DNA of 48,248 nucleotides from Sumerlaeia bacterium (GCA_040219255.1 JAVJSW010000075.1:1-48248); one strand, 5' to 3'; numbered from the stretch's first letter, positions 22,532-32,033 are shown. The notes: generated by a model from the letters alone, not told the origin. Translations and numbers: made by a program.

Positions 22532-23647
22532 CTACATGCTCCCGCCAAGGTAGCCCGATTGCTCCTTGCGCGTTCCCGTGGTGATGCCCTCCACCATCAG
22601 CCGCAGTTCCTCCGGGCTCGACGCGTAGGCCAGCGCCGTCTCGTAATCCACATACTCCTCGCGAATGAGCTGATAGAGCGACTGGTTGAAACTCTGCATC
22701 CCCCAGTGCCCGCCCTCCTCGATCACCGGGAACAGTTCGAGCGTTTTGCCTTCGTTCAGAAGCTTCTTCACCAGCGGCGTGCTGATCAGAATCTCCACCG
22801 CCGGAATGCGGCCCGTACCCTTCTTGAGCGGCAACAGCCGCTGGCTGATGACGCCCTTCAGGCCCAAGGACAACTCCATGCGGATCTGATTGTGCAGATA
22901 CGCCGGGAAGAAGTTGATGATCCGCTCCACCGTCTGCACCGCGTCCGTGGTGTGCAGAGTCGACAGCACCAGGTGACCCGTTTCCGCGGCGGCCACGGCC
23001 GTGTTCACCGTTTCCACGTCGCGCATTTCACCGATCAGGATCACGTCCGGGGCCTGACGCAGGACATGCTTCAGAGCGTCGGCGAAACTGTTCGTGTCGA
23101 AGCCCACCTCGCGCTGACTGACGATGGCGTTCTTGTCGTCGTGCAGGAATTCGATCGGATCCTCCACGGTCACGATGTGGCATTTGCGCGTGTCGTTGAT
23201 CTGATTGATCATGGCGGCCAGAGTCGTGCTCTTGCCGGAACCCGTCATGCCAGTGACCAGCACCAGACCCCGCCGGGCCTGGCACAGTTTCGGCACCGCT
23301 TCGGGCAAATGCAGGTCTTTGAAGCTGAAGTTGGGCCGCGTGATGTGGCGGAACACCATCGCCACCGAACCGCGCTGGCGGAAGAGATTGACGCGAAAGC
23401 GCCCCACACCGGGCAAACCGATGGCGAGGTCCATTTCCGGGATCTTCTCGAACGCCTCGATCTGCTCCTCGGTCATCATGCTGTAAGCGATCACCTGCAC
23501 GTCGTCGACGGTCAGGTCGCTGTAATCGAGGTCGCGAATCTCGCCGTCCACCCGGACATGCGGGGAAACCCCCGCCTTCACGAAAAGGTCCGATGCGCCA
23601 CGCTCCACCATCTCTTGGAGCATGTCATCGAGTTGAATCATCGCCAT
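22532..23647 (-). CDS. pilT: Type IV pilus retraction ATPase, PilT/PilU family
   Basis: ASDL, GRFRVN, Walker A GMTGSGKST, EDPIE, LRQAPDVILIGEMRD, His box GHLVLSTLHT, GMQSFNQSL. The AIRNLIRE box is diverged (LVKKLLNE), so it may be a PilU-like paralogue. Confidence 0.9.
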   Translation of the reverse strand: MAMIQLDDMLQEMVERGASDLFVKAGVSPHVRVDGEIRDLDYSDLTVDDVQVIAYSMMTEEQIEAFEKIPEMDLAIGLPGVGRFRVNLFRQRGSVAMVFRHITRPNFSFKDLHLPEAVPKLCQARRGLVLVTGMTGSGKSTTLAAMINQINDTRKCHIVTVEDPIEFLHDDKNAIVSQREVGFDTNSFADALKHVLRQAPDVILIGEMRDVETVNTAVAAAETGHLVLSTLHTTDAVQTVERIINFFPAYLHNQIRMELSLGLKGVISQRLLPLKKGTGRIPAVEILISTPLVKKLLNEGKTLELFPVIEEGGHWGMQSFNQSLYQLIREEYVDYETALAYASSPEELRLMVEGITTGTRKEQSGYLGGSM

Positions 23648-23784
23648 TTGGAAAAAGGCTCCTTGGTTTTCTATCGGAGAACAGGCTTATCCCCATGGTG
23701 GAGAAGGGCGGCGTGATGTCACTAGAAAAAAACGCCCTCCGCAAAGGAGAGCGTCAAATTCCCGTCCTCGCATCCCGTTCCTCC

Positions 23785-24714
23785 TCAACCCTCCGCGGTT
23801 CGAGCCTCTGAAGCGGGCGAAGCCGCCACCGCGTCTCCGCTGTCGTACTGGGCCGAATCGCCGCTCTCGCTCTGACGATCGTGCGAGACGTTCTCTTCCG
23901 TCCCGTCCTCGTTGAGCTTCATCACCTCCGCCCGCGAGATGTCGTCTCGGCTGCCGCCCTCGCGGCGCCACAGGTAAATATAGCCTCGAATCTTGTAACC
24001 CTTCGCGTCGGTGTGAGGCGACTGGTAAGTGTTCGGCTTCACGAATCCCTGATAATGCGAGTTGATAACCGCGTCGTAGCCCTCCAGCACCTGCTTGGCG
24101 TAGAGCTTCGGGAAGGTGTACTCGTGATACCGGCGCGTCACCGTCGAAACGAAATCGGCCACCTGCAGCCCGCAGGAATTCACCGGGCTCTGGACCATCG
24201 GCGTGGCAACCAGGGGACTGTGCCGGCCTTGGGCGCCAAACAGATTCTCCACCTGCAGGCTCGCCAGGATCGCCGCCTCGTCGCTGCGCCCCGGAGGAAT
24301 GATCAACGATCCCACCTCGTCGCGCTCGCGCAGGTACTGAACCACCGGCCGCATCAGATAGTTGTACGAAAGCGGCAGCAGCCACCGCGGATGAGCCGGT
24401 TTGTCGGTCGTTTCCTTGTCGATGACGACCAGGAAAAACTTCGCCTCCAGCCCCGCCACGATACGCTCCAGACCCTTGCAGAAGGCCATCGTCCAACTTT
24501 TCTCCGCGTTGCGCGGATGAAGCAGATCGTTCGCGTCCAAAATCGTCTTATCAGGCGTATAGTTGTTTTTATGGAAGGACTTCAGCAAGCCGTTGACGCG
24601 CAACTGCATCGGCTTCCACTTGGTGTCCGGAATCGCCACGCCCGCCAGAGTCCAGAAACGGCCCGAGACGCCCGCGACGGGTTTGCCAGATTGTTGAAAA
24701 TAAATAAAATGCAT
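23785..24714 (-). CDS. DUF3800-like (RNase H-fold) protein with altered acidic motif
   Basis: N-terminal MHFIYFQQSG…FWTLAGVAI and C-terminal SCGLQVADFVS match the DUF3800 pattern (hhYhDESG … LQhAD); acidic tail. Start set at ATG 24714. Confidence 0.7.
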   Translation of the reverse strand: MHFIYFQQSGKPVAGVSGRFWTLAGVAIPDTKWKPMQLRVNGLLKSFHKNNYTPDKTILDANDLLHPRNAEKSWTMAFCKGLERIVAGLEAKFFLVVIDKETTDKPAHPRWLLPLSYNYLMRPVVQYLRERDEVGSLIIPPGRSDEAAILASLQVENLFGAQGRHSPLVATPMVQSPVNSCGLQVADFVSTVTRRYHEYTFPKLYAKQVLEGYDAVINSHYQGFVKPNTYQSPHTDAKGYKIRGYIYLWRREGGSRDDISRAEVMKLNEDGTEENVSHDRQSESGDSAQYDSGDAVAASPASEARTAEG

Positions 24715-24926
24715 CGGTACACAATTGCCTCGCGAGTGGTATCCCACCTGATGGTGCATCGCGGCAAGGGTCTGGGTTTTTCACGTCTATCAAGCAAAAA
24801 CTGCCTTTTAGGACAGCCACAGCTTGAATTGATGGTCTTGCCACGATAAAACCGCCCACGCAAGAGTCATTTCCGCATGGCGTTCCCTTTTCCAGCGGAA
24901 CGCCTCCAAACCCGGAAAGTTTTTCC

Positions 24927-26705
24927 ATGGAACACGGTCTCAACCCCCTCGACCGATCGCCCGGATACCCCCGCCGCCATCGCGTCACCCTCGTCCTCCT
25001 TGCCCTCGGCGCCCTCCTCCTGGCCTCCCGCCTGACCTGGTTGACCGCCATCGACGGACCAGAGTACCGCCGCGCCGCCCAGGACAACATCGCCTCCGCC
25101 CGCCGACTCCAGGCCCCCCGTGGCAACATCTTCGACCATCGCGGCCAGTCCCTCGCCCGGTCCCGCAAGGCCTACACCCTCACCTATTCCCGCTACGGCC
25201 GGTCAAAAACAGAGGTCAAAGCCACCCTCAACCGCCTCGACGCCCTCCTCGCCCAAGGCATCGCCGACCGCTACGACGAAATCATCGCCACACGTCCCTC
25301 ATGGACCCGCCACGACCTCGTCGAAAACGCTCCCCAGGAATCCGTCACCGCCATCCTCGAGCGCCCCAACGACTTCCGCGGCGTCCGCATCCATGAAACC
25401 TTTCGCCGCGAATACCCCCACGGCACCGCCTTCGCCACCGTCCTCGGCCACGTCGGCCGCATTCCCGCCGAACGCGCCGAAACCTATCGGCGCCCAACTT
25501 ACCTGCCCGACGCCACTGTCGGCCGCTCCGGTCTCGAAAGCCGCTGGGAGGATCGCCTCGTCGGCAAACCGGGCCGCGAAGCTCTCCAGCGCGACGCCCG
25601 CGGCCGCCTCCTCCAGCAACCCCTTGTCGAACGCCCCGCCCTCCCCGGCGACGACCTCGTCCTCACCCTCGACGCCGCCATCCAGAAAGCCGCCTACGAC
25701 GCTCTCCTCGGTTTTCATGGGGCCGCCGTCATGATCGACGTCGAAACCGGCGCCCTGCGGGCCCTCGCCTCCGCACCCTCCTACGATCCCGCCGCGCCCT
25801 GGCGCCAGGAAGCGGACGGTCAGCCCGTCTCCTTCCTCAACCGCGCCTTCCAAGGCCGATACCCCCCCGCCTCGCCCTTCAAAGCGATCACCGGCGCCGC
25901 CGTCCTCAAGGACGGCCACAGCCCCGCCGAAACCCTCTATTGCTCCGGTTCCTATACCCTTCGCGGCTGGGACCGGCCTTTCCGTTGCGACGGCTTCCAC
26001 GGGCCCACCGCCCTCCCCCGCGCCCTCCAGGTCTCCTGCAATTCCTACTTCTATCAGATGGCCGAAGCGATCGGCGGCGAACGCATCCAACGCGAAGCCG
26101 CCGCCTTCGGCCTCGGCCGCGCCTCCGGGCTCGACCTGCCGGGCGAACGCACAGGCTCTCTCGGCTCCGCCTCACCCAACACCGGCGAAACCCTCAACAT
26201 CGCCATCGGCCAGGGCGCCCTCCTGGTCACACCTCTCCAGATGGCCCGGGCTTATTGTGCCCTCGCCAACGGAGGGCGCCTGCCCGTGCCCCACGTGGTG
26301 CAGGCCATCCGCCGCGCCGACGGCACCGTGGAGGACAAAACCCCCACCGGCGAAGAACGCGTTCTCCTGCCCGACTCGGTCCGCCGCCCCATCGTCGAAG
26401 GCCTCAGCCGCGTCGTCGAAACGGGCGGTACCGCCGCCCGGGCAGACTTCCCCCCCGAATGGGACGTCTGCGGCAAGACCGGAACCGGCGAAAACGGCCG
26501 CGGCGGAGTCGATGCCTGGTTCGCCTGCTTCTACCCCCGCTCCGCCCCCCGCTACGCCGTCGTCGTCGTCGTCGAGGACGCCCCCGGCCACGGCGGCGAC
26601 ATCGCCGCCCCCATCGTCCGCGCCATCATTGCGGCGGAGCGCGCCCAAACGGAACGCGCTCAAACAGAAGAGGCGGCCTTGGCGGCCGCCCCGTCTCTAC
26701 CTTAA
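24927..26705 (+). CDS. mrdA: Class B penicillin-binding protein (PBP2-like transpeptidase)
   Basis: N-terminal TM, APRGNIFD, REYP, GRSGLE, LTLD, catalytic SPFK, SCN and KTG motifs, IGQG, TPLQMA. Confidence 0.88.
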   Translation: MEHGLNPLDRSPGYPRRHRVTLVLLALGALLLASRLTWLTAIDGPEYRRAAQDNIASARRLQAPRGNIFDHRGQSLARSRKAYTLTYSRYGRSKTEVKATLNRLDALLAQGIADRYDEIIATRPSWTRHDLVENAPQESVTAILERPNDFRGVRIHETFRREYPHGTAFATVLGHVGRIPAERAETYRRPTYLPDATVGRSGLESRWEDRLVGKPGREALQRDARGRLLQQPLVERPALPGDDLVLTLDAAIQKAAYDALLGFHGAAVMIDVETGALRALASAPSYDPAAPWRQEADGQPVSFLNRAFQGRYPPASPFKAITGAAVLKDGHSPAETLYCSGSYTLRGWDRPFRCDGFHGPTALPRALQVSCNSYFYQMAEAIGGERIQREAAAFGLGRASGLDLPGERTGSLGSASPNTGETLNIAIGQGALLVTPLQMARAYCALANGGRLPVPHVVQAIRRADGTVEDKTPTGEERVLLPDSVRRPIVEGLSRVVETGGTAARADFPPEWDVCGKTGTGENGRGGVDAWFACFYPRSAPRYAVVVVVEDAPGHGGDIAAPIVRAIIAAERAQTERAQTEEAALAAAPSLP

Positions 26706-26731
26706 CTGTCCTTGTGCACTGAGCGGCGCCG

Positions 26732-28798
26732 CTACTTGCGCAGCTTCTTCGCTTCCGCCAGCTTCTGCGCCACCTGGTTGTCCTGAGGCCGCAGACTCGC
26801 CGCCACGGAGAGCGACTTCACCGCCTTGCCGTAGTCCCCCGCCTTGAGAGCCGACAGGCCCTGGGACTTCGAAGACTCGAACAAATCCAGACCGCCATCG
26901 GGGATGGTTTCATCCAGCGACACGTCGTCCAGGTTGATCGTCGGCTCGTCCTCGTGGGCCTCCGCCCCGCCATAACCCACGTCCAGGCGGATCGTGTCCT
27001 CGATGGCGTTCTCCGCGGCCGCGTTCCGAGGGCTCTTGGCCGGCGGCGCTGGCTTCGAATCCTTCGCCGAAGACAACGCCACCGTGTCGTCGTCGCCGCC
27101 TCCGAACATCATCTTCTCGTAGTCGTCCACCAGTTCCGTCGGCTCGTCCGGCTGCACGCTCGAGAGGGTCTCCTCGTTGTTACCGAACATCAGCGAGTTG
27201 TAGGAGAGTTCCTCGGGGGCGTCTTCGTTCTTTTTCTTCTTCTTCTGGTCTGGCAGCGGCTTCGTTTCACCGCTGGCCAGCGAGTCCGCCATCACGTCCT
27301 GCGGCGGCTTCGAAGGCCCGCCCGTTCCCGGAGGCGCCATCGTTTCTTCGTTTCCGCCGAACATCAGCGAATTGTAAGACATCGCGTTCGCATCGTCTTC
27401 CTCCGCCGCCGGGGGCTCCTCCGCCGCCGACTTCTTGCCGCCCATCCCCGGAGGCGCCACCGTCTCCTCGTTCGAGAACATCAGTGAATTGATCGACAAA
27501 GCGTTCGGGTCGTCCTCTTCCGGCTCCGGGGCCTTCGCCTTCGGTTCCGCTTTCGGCTTCGGTTCCTCCTTCGCCGGCTCCGGACTGAACATCATCGTGT
27601 CAAAGGAAACCGGATCCGGTTCCGGCTTCTTCTCCTTCGCCGGCGCCGGTTTCGGCGCCAACCCCGGAGGCGGCAACGTTTCCTCGTTCCCGAAGAGAAG
27701 CGTGTTCACCGACTGCTCGTTCGGATCCGGCCGGTCGTCCTCGTAACCACCCATCGGCTCGGACAGTTCGATCCCATCGAAGGTCTGGCCGCCGGTTTCC
27801 TCGATGTCTTCGACCTGGCTTTCTCCCTGCCGGCGGTTCTCCATTTCTGTGGGGACATCGCGCAGAATCCCCGCCGTCTGCTCGGGAGACTGAAACGCCG
27901 TGTCGCGGTCCAGCATCGACATCACGTCGGTGAACTCCTGCTGCGTCTTCTCGTCGTACTCCGCGATCTGACCCGTCGGCAAATCTGGCATCGGCTCGGC
28001 GTTCGTGGGCATGTCCGCGATTCCCGAAGCACCCGCGAAATGCGTCTGCTCCTGAGACCGCGTCACCGCGTCGGGCCTGCCCAGCGAACCCTTCTTCGAC
28101 CGCCGCGACATGAACCAGATCACCACCGTACCGAGAATCAGCAGAACGGCTACCACGGCCACCACGATGATCACGATCAGCAGCAGATTGCTCGACCGCG
28201 AGGGCTTGTAGTCATACTTCTTCGTGGGCTGTGCGGGAGCCGGCGTTGCCGCCGGAGCCGGTGTCGAAGACACTCCCGCGCCCGGTCCGTCCTCGCCGAA
28301 GGGATCGTCCTCCACGCCCGAGCCAAACGGGTCGTTCACCGCGCCCGGCTCATCGAACGGCGAATCGCCAACCCCGCCCGTATCGAAGGGACCGCTCGGG
28401 GCCGCGCGAGGCGTCGGCGTCGGATCGGAAATCCGAGGCCGCGAACCCAGATCGGGCAACGCCTGCCGCGTCTTGATGCGGTCGGCGGCCAACTCGCGCC
28501 AGAACTGAGCCGTGCTGTTTCCCGGATCGAGTTCCAACAGAAGGTCCGCGATCGCCACCACCTCGGCGTAATCGCCTTCGTTGTATAGACGCCGGATCTC
28601 CGACTTGTACTGCTCGACCTCGCGCGCGCGGGCAAAGCGTTCCGCTTCGGACTGCTGGGCCGCCGCCGGAGCCGGAGACCAGACCGCCAGCAGGACCCAA
28701 AGGCCCAACGCCAAAATCGGGAAAAAGAAACGTCCCCCGCCTTCGTCCAAACGGGGCGTCAGGGAATCGGTTGCCATCGGGTGGGTGCTTTTGGTCAT
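26732..28798 (-). CDS. Membrane protein: periplasmic TPR, single TM, long acidic/Pro-rich cytoplasmic region, C-terminal TPR (FimV-like architecture)
   Basis: Signal-like segment ending PAPAAA|QQ, TPR (LYNEGDYAEV…LELDPGNSTA), TM LLLIVIIVVAVVAVLLILGTVVIWF, acidic repeats, terminal TPR (ALKAGDYGKAV…LRPQDNQV). Start uncertain. Confidence 0.7.
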   Translation of the reverse strand: MTKSTHPMATDSLTPRLDEGGGRFFFPILALGLWVLLAVWSPAPAAAQQSEAERFARAREVEQYKSEIRRLYNEGDYAEVVAIADLLLELDPGNSTAQFWRELAADRIKTRQALPDLGSRPRISDPTPTPRAAPSGPFDTGGVGDSPFDEPGAVNDPFGSGVEDDPFGEDGPGAGVSSTPAPAATPAPAQPTKKYDYKPSRSSNLLLIVIIVVAVVAVLLILGTVVIWFMSRRSKKGSLGRPDAVTRSQEQTHFAGASGIADMPTNAEPMPDLPTGQIAEYDEKTQQEFTDVMSMLDRDTAFQSPEQTAGILRDVPTEMENRRQGESQVEDIEETGGQTFDGIELSEPMGGYEDDRPDPNEQSVNTLLFGNEETLPPPGLAPKPAPAKEKKPEPDPVSFDTMMFSPEPAKEEPKPKAEPKAKAPEPEEDDPNALSINSLMFSNEETVAPPGMGGKKSAAEEPPAAEEDDANAMSYNSLMFGGNEETMAPPGTGGPSKPPQDVMADSLASGETKPLPDQKKKKKNEDAPEELSYNSLMFGNNEETLSSVQPDEPTELVDDYEKMMFGGGDDDTVALSSAKDSKPAPPAKSPRNAAAENAIEDTIRLDVGYGGAEAHEDEPTINLDDVSLDETIPDGGLDLFESSKSQGLSALKAGDYGKAVKSLSVAASLRPQDNQVAQKLAEAKKLRK
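27075..27725 (-). repeat. Internal peptide repeats S(Y/I/V)N(S/T)L(M/L)F(G/S)..EET
   Basis: SVNTLLFGNEETLPPPG, SFDTMMFS, SINSLMFSNEETVAPPG, SYNSLMFGGNEETMAPPG, SYNSLMFGNNEETL, YEKMMFGGGDDDTV. Confidence 0.85.
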
Positions 28799-28957
28799 GG
28801 TCTCTCGGTTGCGATCGTGTCGGGGGTATTCAAAGTCATGCTTTAGGAGGGAGGAAAAGCCGTCCCCGGTCTTTTCCGCAACGAGTTTGTGGCCTCTTTT
28901 TCGCCCTCTCCCCCTCAATCTTCCCCGCTCCAATCGTTTTGGCAAGGGTGATGCTCT

Positions 28958-30097
28958 ATGAATTCACTTCGAAATCCACTTCTTTTAATCCTGATCTGGA
29001 GTCTCCTTCCTCCGCCCCTCACCGCGCAAGAGGAACCCGCCCCCCAGACCGTCCGCCTCGCCCTGTCCTCCGCCCAGGACGCCATCCGAACCCGCCTCGT
29101 TCTGGTGGACCCGGATGAGGATATCGTCCTCCGGGCCGAAGCCCTCGAACCCTCCGGCGCCGACCCCATCGCCGATCAGGTCCCCGTCGCAGGCCCCGCG
29201 AAAATCTTCGTCCGCAGCCAAACCGACCTCGCCTGGAACGTCAGCGCCGGCCGCGCCGCCCCCATCTCCTCCCAGGAAATCCTCTGGCGCTCCACCAAAC
29301 CCGGCCAGTACGCCCTCGTTCAAGCCGAATCGCGCCGCGCCCTGCGCCTCGCCACCGAAGGCTCCAACGATTTGCTCGACGCCACCGGAGAATCCGAATC
29401 CACCCAGCGCGCTCGCGTCGCCCTCCTCGCCGGAATCCCCTTCGACCGCGACGGCCCCGGCACCATCGGCGCCTACGTCGTCGGCTTCTACCCCAACGAA
29501 GACGGCCCCCAGGCACCCGCCCCGGTCCAGCGCATGCCCGAAATCTACCGACCGCCCTCCGTATTCTACCCGGCCCACGGCGAACCCGCCGAACTCCCCC
29601 TCGCCGTCACCCCGACCGGCCAGGCCCTCACCCTCGCCTTCTTCAATCCCCCGGTCTTTCCCGCGGAAGGCGAACGCTACGTCGCCTTCGACCAGCGCCT
29701 CGTGGACTTCTGGCTCGCCCTGCGAGGCATCGCTTTCCAAAACGACAAAGACCCCGACGCCCTCCGCGTCCTGCGCGGCTACGTCTCCCCCGCCGAACGC
29801 CAACGCCTCGGCCGCCAGGACGTTCGCCTCGCCACCTTCACCCGGTACCAGTACGGCGACGCCCTGGCGGTGATCCTGGACGAAAACGGCGACTTCATTC
29901 TCGACGACCTGGACGGCGACGGCGAAACGGCCGCGGCGGACGCGGAACTGCTGGGCGACTGGGCGGAGCGCGCGCTCGGCGAAATCGGCGTCCGCGGCGG
30001 CATCGGCATCGCCGCCGCCTACGAAGGCCCCGATCACACCGCAACCCCCTATGTCCACGTGGACCTCAGAGGCGTCCGCCAGCGCTGGCGCGAATAA
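28958..30097 (+). CDS. Exported protein with C-terminal peptidase M15-like domain (probably inactive)
   Basis: Signal peptide; VLRGYVSP…TRYQYGDALAV, DxxGD Ca-loop-like insert, GGIGI…PYVHVDLRG..RW. Confidence 0.7.
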   Translation: MNSLRNPLLLILIWSLLPPPLTAQEEPAPQTVRLALSSAQDAIRTRLVLVDPDEDIVLRAEALEPSGADPIADQVPVAGPAKIFVRSQTDLAWNVSAGRAAPISSQEILWRSTKPGQYALVQAESRRALRLATEGSNDLLDATGESESTQRARVALLAGIPFDRDGPGTIGAYVVGFYPNEDGPQAPAPVQRMPEIYRPPSVFYPAHGEPAELPLAVTPTGQALTLAFFNPPVFPAEGERYVAFDQRLVDFWLALRGIAFQNDKDPDALRVLRGYVSPAERQRLGRQDVRLATFTRYQYGDALAVILDENGDFILDDLDGDGETAAADAELLGDWAERALGEIGVRGGIGIAAAYEGPDHTATPYVHVDLRGVRQRWRE

Positions 30098-30137
30098 GGG
30101 TCACTCCCGGCGCCCCCTGTGCCAAAATCCGCAGACG

Positions 30138-30155
30138 CGGGTAAATATTTACCCG
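30138..30155. promoter_or_regulatory. Perfect 18-bp palindrome, candidate regulator binding site
   Basis: CGGGTAAATATTTACCCG equals its own reverse complement; intergenic, upstream of the PAS gene. Confidence 0.5.
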
Positions 30156-30485
30156 GAATTCACCTCCGGCATCAGAAAAAATATCATCCAACGCCAACGA
30201 AATCAACAGCCCGGCACCACGCGCTCTGTGCACGAGGGTTGCTAAATGGAAGACTAGGGGAACCTGGCGGCTGAATAAACCGTCTCATTGAACGGCTGAA
30301 GATTGGCGATCTCGTGCAACCATTTTCAGCTTGCGGGGGTAGAACACCCCGGCCATTCTCGCGCGTGAACGCTTTCTCGATGATCGGCCTGGAGACCGCC
30401 AATCGCTTGGTCACAATCCGTATGATGCGAAACCACGGGGCTGGCGCGGCCATTGCGGCAGGATGGCTCCTAGGGAGAAGTCCTC

Positions 30486-32033
30486 ATGGCAGGCGTAAAA
30501 TCCATCCCCCACGCTCTCCGCAACGGTCTTGATACCGTGGACGACCCCGATGTCCTGCGCGAGCGCATACGCGAACTCGAAGCGGAAAACCGCCGCCTTC
30601 GTCAACAGCAGGAACGCCTGCGCTACGCCTTCGACAACATGAACTACGGTGTCGTCTTCTGCGAAGCCGTTCCCAACCCCAAAACCAAAACCACCGACTT
30701 CATCATCCGCCAGGTCAACCAGGGCGCCGAACGCATCGAGCACCTCGACCGCGGCGATTTCATCGGCCGCAACCTCCTCCAGGCCCTCCCCTACCTCGTC
30801 GGCTCCGGACTCATCGAACGCATGGAAAAAGTCGTCCAGGACGGCGAACCGGCCCTCCACCAGACTCGTCTCCACGACAAGGTCGGAAACCTGATCCATT
30901 GTCACAACGACACACTCTTCCGCATGCCCAACGGCGAGGTCGCCATCGTCTATTATGACAGCACCGAGCGGGCCCAGACCGAGGAGAAACTGCGCCGCTT
31001 CGCCGAAGCCATCGAGCAATCCATCGACGGCATCGCCCTCGTCGATACCGACGGCAACCTGATGTTCGCCAACCGCGCCTTCGCCAAAATGCACGGCTGC
31101 ACCGTCGATGAAATCAAAGGCAAAACCCTGCGCGATTTCCACACCCCCGAGCAAATGGCCCGCGAGGTCGAACCCTTCCTCGAACGGGCCCTGCGCGACG
31201 GCGGCTGCACCGGCGAACTCACCGAACTTCGCAAAGACGGCTCCCCCTTCCCCGTTTATATGTCGGCCACCACGCTCCTGGACAACGACGGCCACGCCAT
31301 CGGGGAAATCCTTATCGCCCGCGACGTCTCGAAATCCAAGCGCACCGAACAGCAGCTACGCATCCTGCAGGCCGCCGTCAAAGACGCCATCGAAGGCATT
31401 ATGATCACCGACGCCCGCCTCGAAGGCTCCGGGCCCCGCGTCGTCTTCGTCAACGAAGGCTTCACCCGCATGACCGGCTACAAGCTCGAAGAGATGATCG
31501 GCCAGTCCCCGGGCGTTCTCCTGGGAGCGAAGAGCGACCGCGAAGTCATCGGCCGGCTGCGCAGCCAGCTCCAGGGCGGCGGCTCCTTCCTCGACGAAGT
31601 CATCGTCTACCGCGCCGACGGCTCCGACTTCCTCATGGAATGGCACATCAGCCCCGTCCACGACGATGGCGGCGAAGTCAGCCATTTTGTCGCCATCCAG
31701 CGCGACATCACGCAAAAGCGCGCCGCCGAAAAAGCCCAGATCGTCAGCGAACAAATGACCGCCATCGCCAAGATGGCCTGCACCCTGAACCACGAAATCA
31801 ACAACCCGCTGCAAGCCATGACCGGCTACGCCGAGTTCCTCCTCCGCGACGAGTTCGAAACCGACAAGCGCGACTCCCTCATGGCCATCGTCCGCAACGG
31901 CGAGCGAATCGCCACCGTCATCGAGAAAATCGAATCGGTCTCTCGCCCGGTCTTCAAGAAGTACATCGGCGAGCAATTCATGCTGGACCTGGAAAAAGCC
32001 AGCCAGCCCGACACGAGCCCGTCCGACGACTGA
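30486..32033 (+). CDS. Multi-PAS sensor protein with HisKA dimerisation domain but no HATPase domain
   Basis: Three PAS/PAC repeats (VNQGAERI, ANRAFAKMHG…RKDGS, VNEGFTRMTGY…RADGS…RDITQ), H-box LNHEINNPL; ends ~80 aa later without N/G1/G2 boxes; GGAG RBS. Confidence 0.9.
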   Translation: MAGVKSIPHALRNGLDTVDDPDVLRERIRELEAENRRLRQQQERLRYAFDNMNYGVVFCEAVPNPKTKTTDFIIRQVNQGAERIEHLDRGDFIGRNLLQALPYLVGSGLIERMEKVVQDGEPALHQTRLHDKVGNLIHCHNDTLFRMPNGEVAIVYYDSTERAQTEEKLRRFAEAIEQSIDGIALVDTDGNLMFANRAFAKMHGCTVDEIKGKTLRDFHTPEQMAREVEPFLERALRDGGCTGELTELRKDGSPFPVYMSATTLLDNDGHAIGEILIARDVSKSKRTEQQLRILQAAVKDAIEGIMITDARLEGSGPRVVFVNEGFTRMTGYKLEEMIGQSPGVLLGAKSDREVIGRLRSQLQGGGSFLDEVIVYRADGSDFLMEWHISPVHDDGGEVSHFVAIQRDITQKRAAEKAQIVSEQMTAIAKMACTLNHEINNPLQAMTGYAEFLLRDEFETDKRDSLMAIVRNGERIATVIEKIESVSRPVFKKYIGEQFMLDLEKASQPDTSPSDD

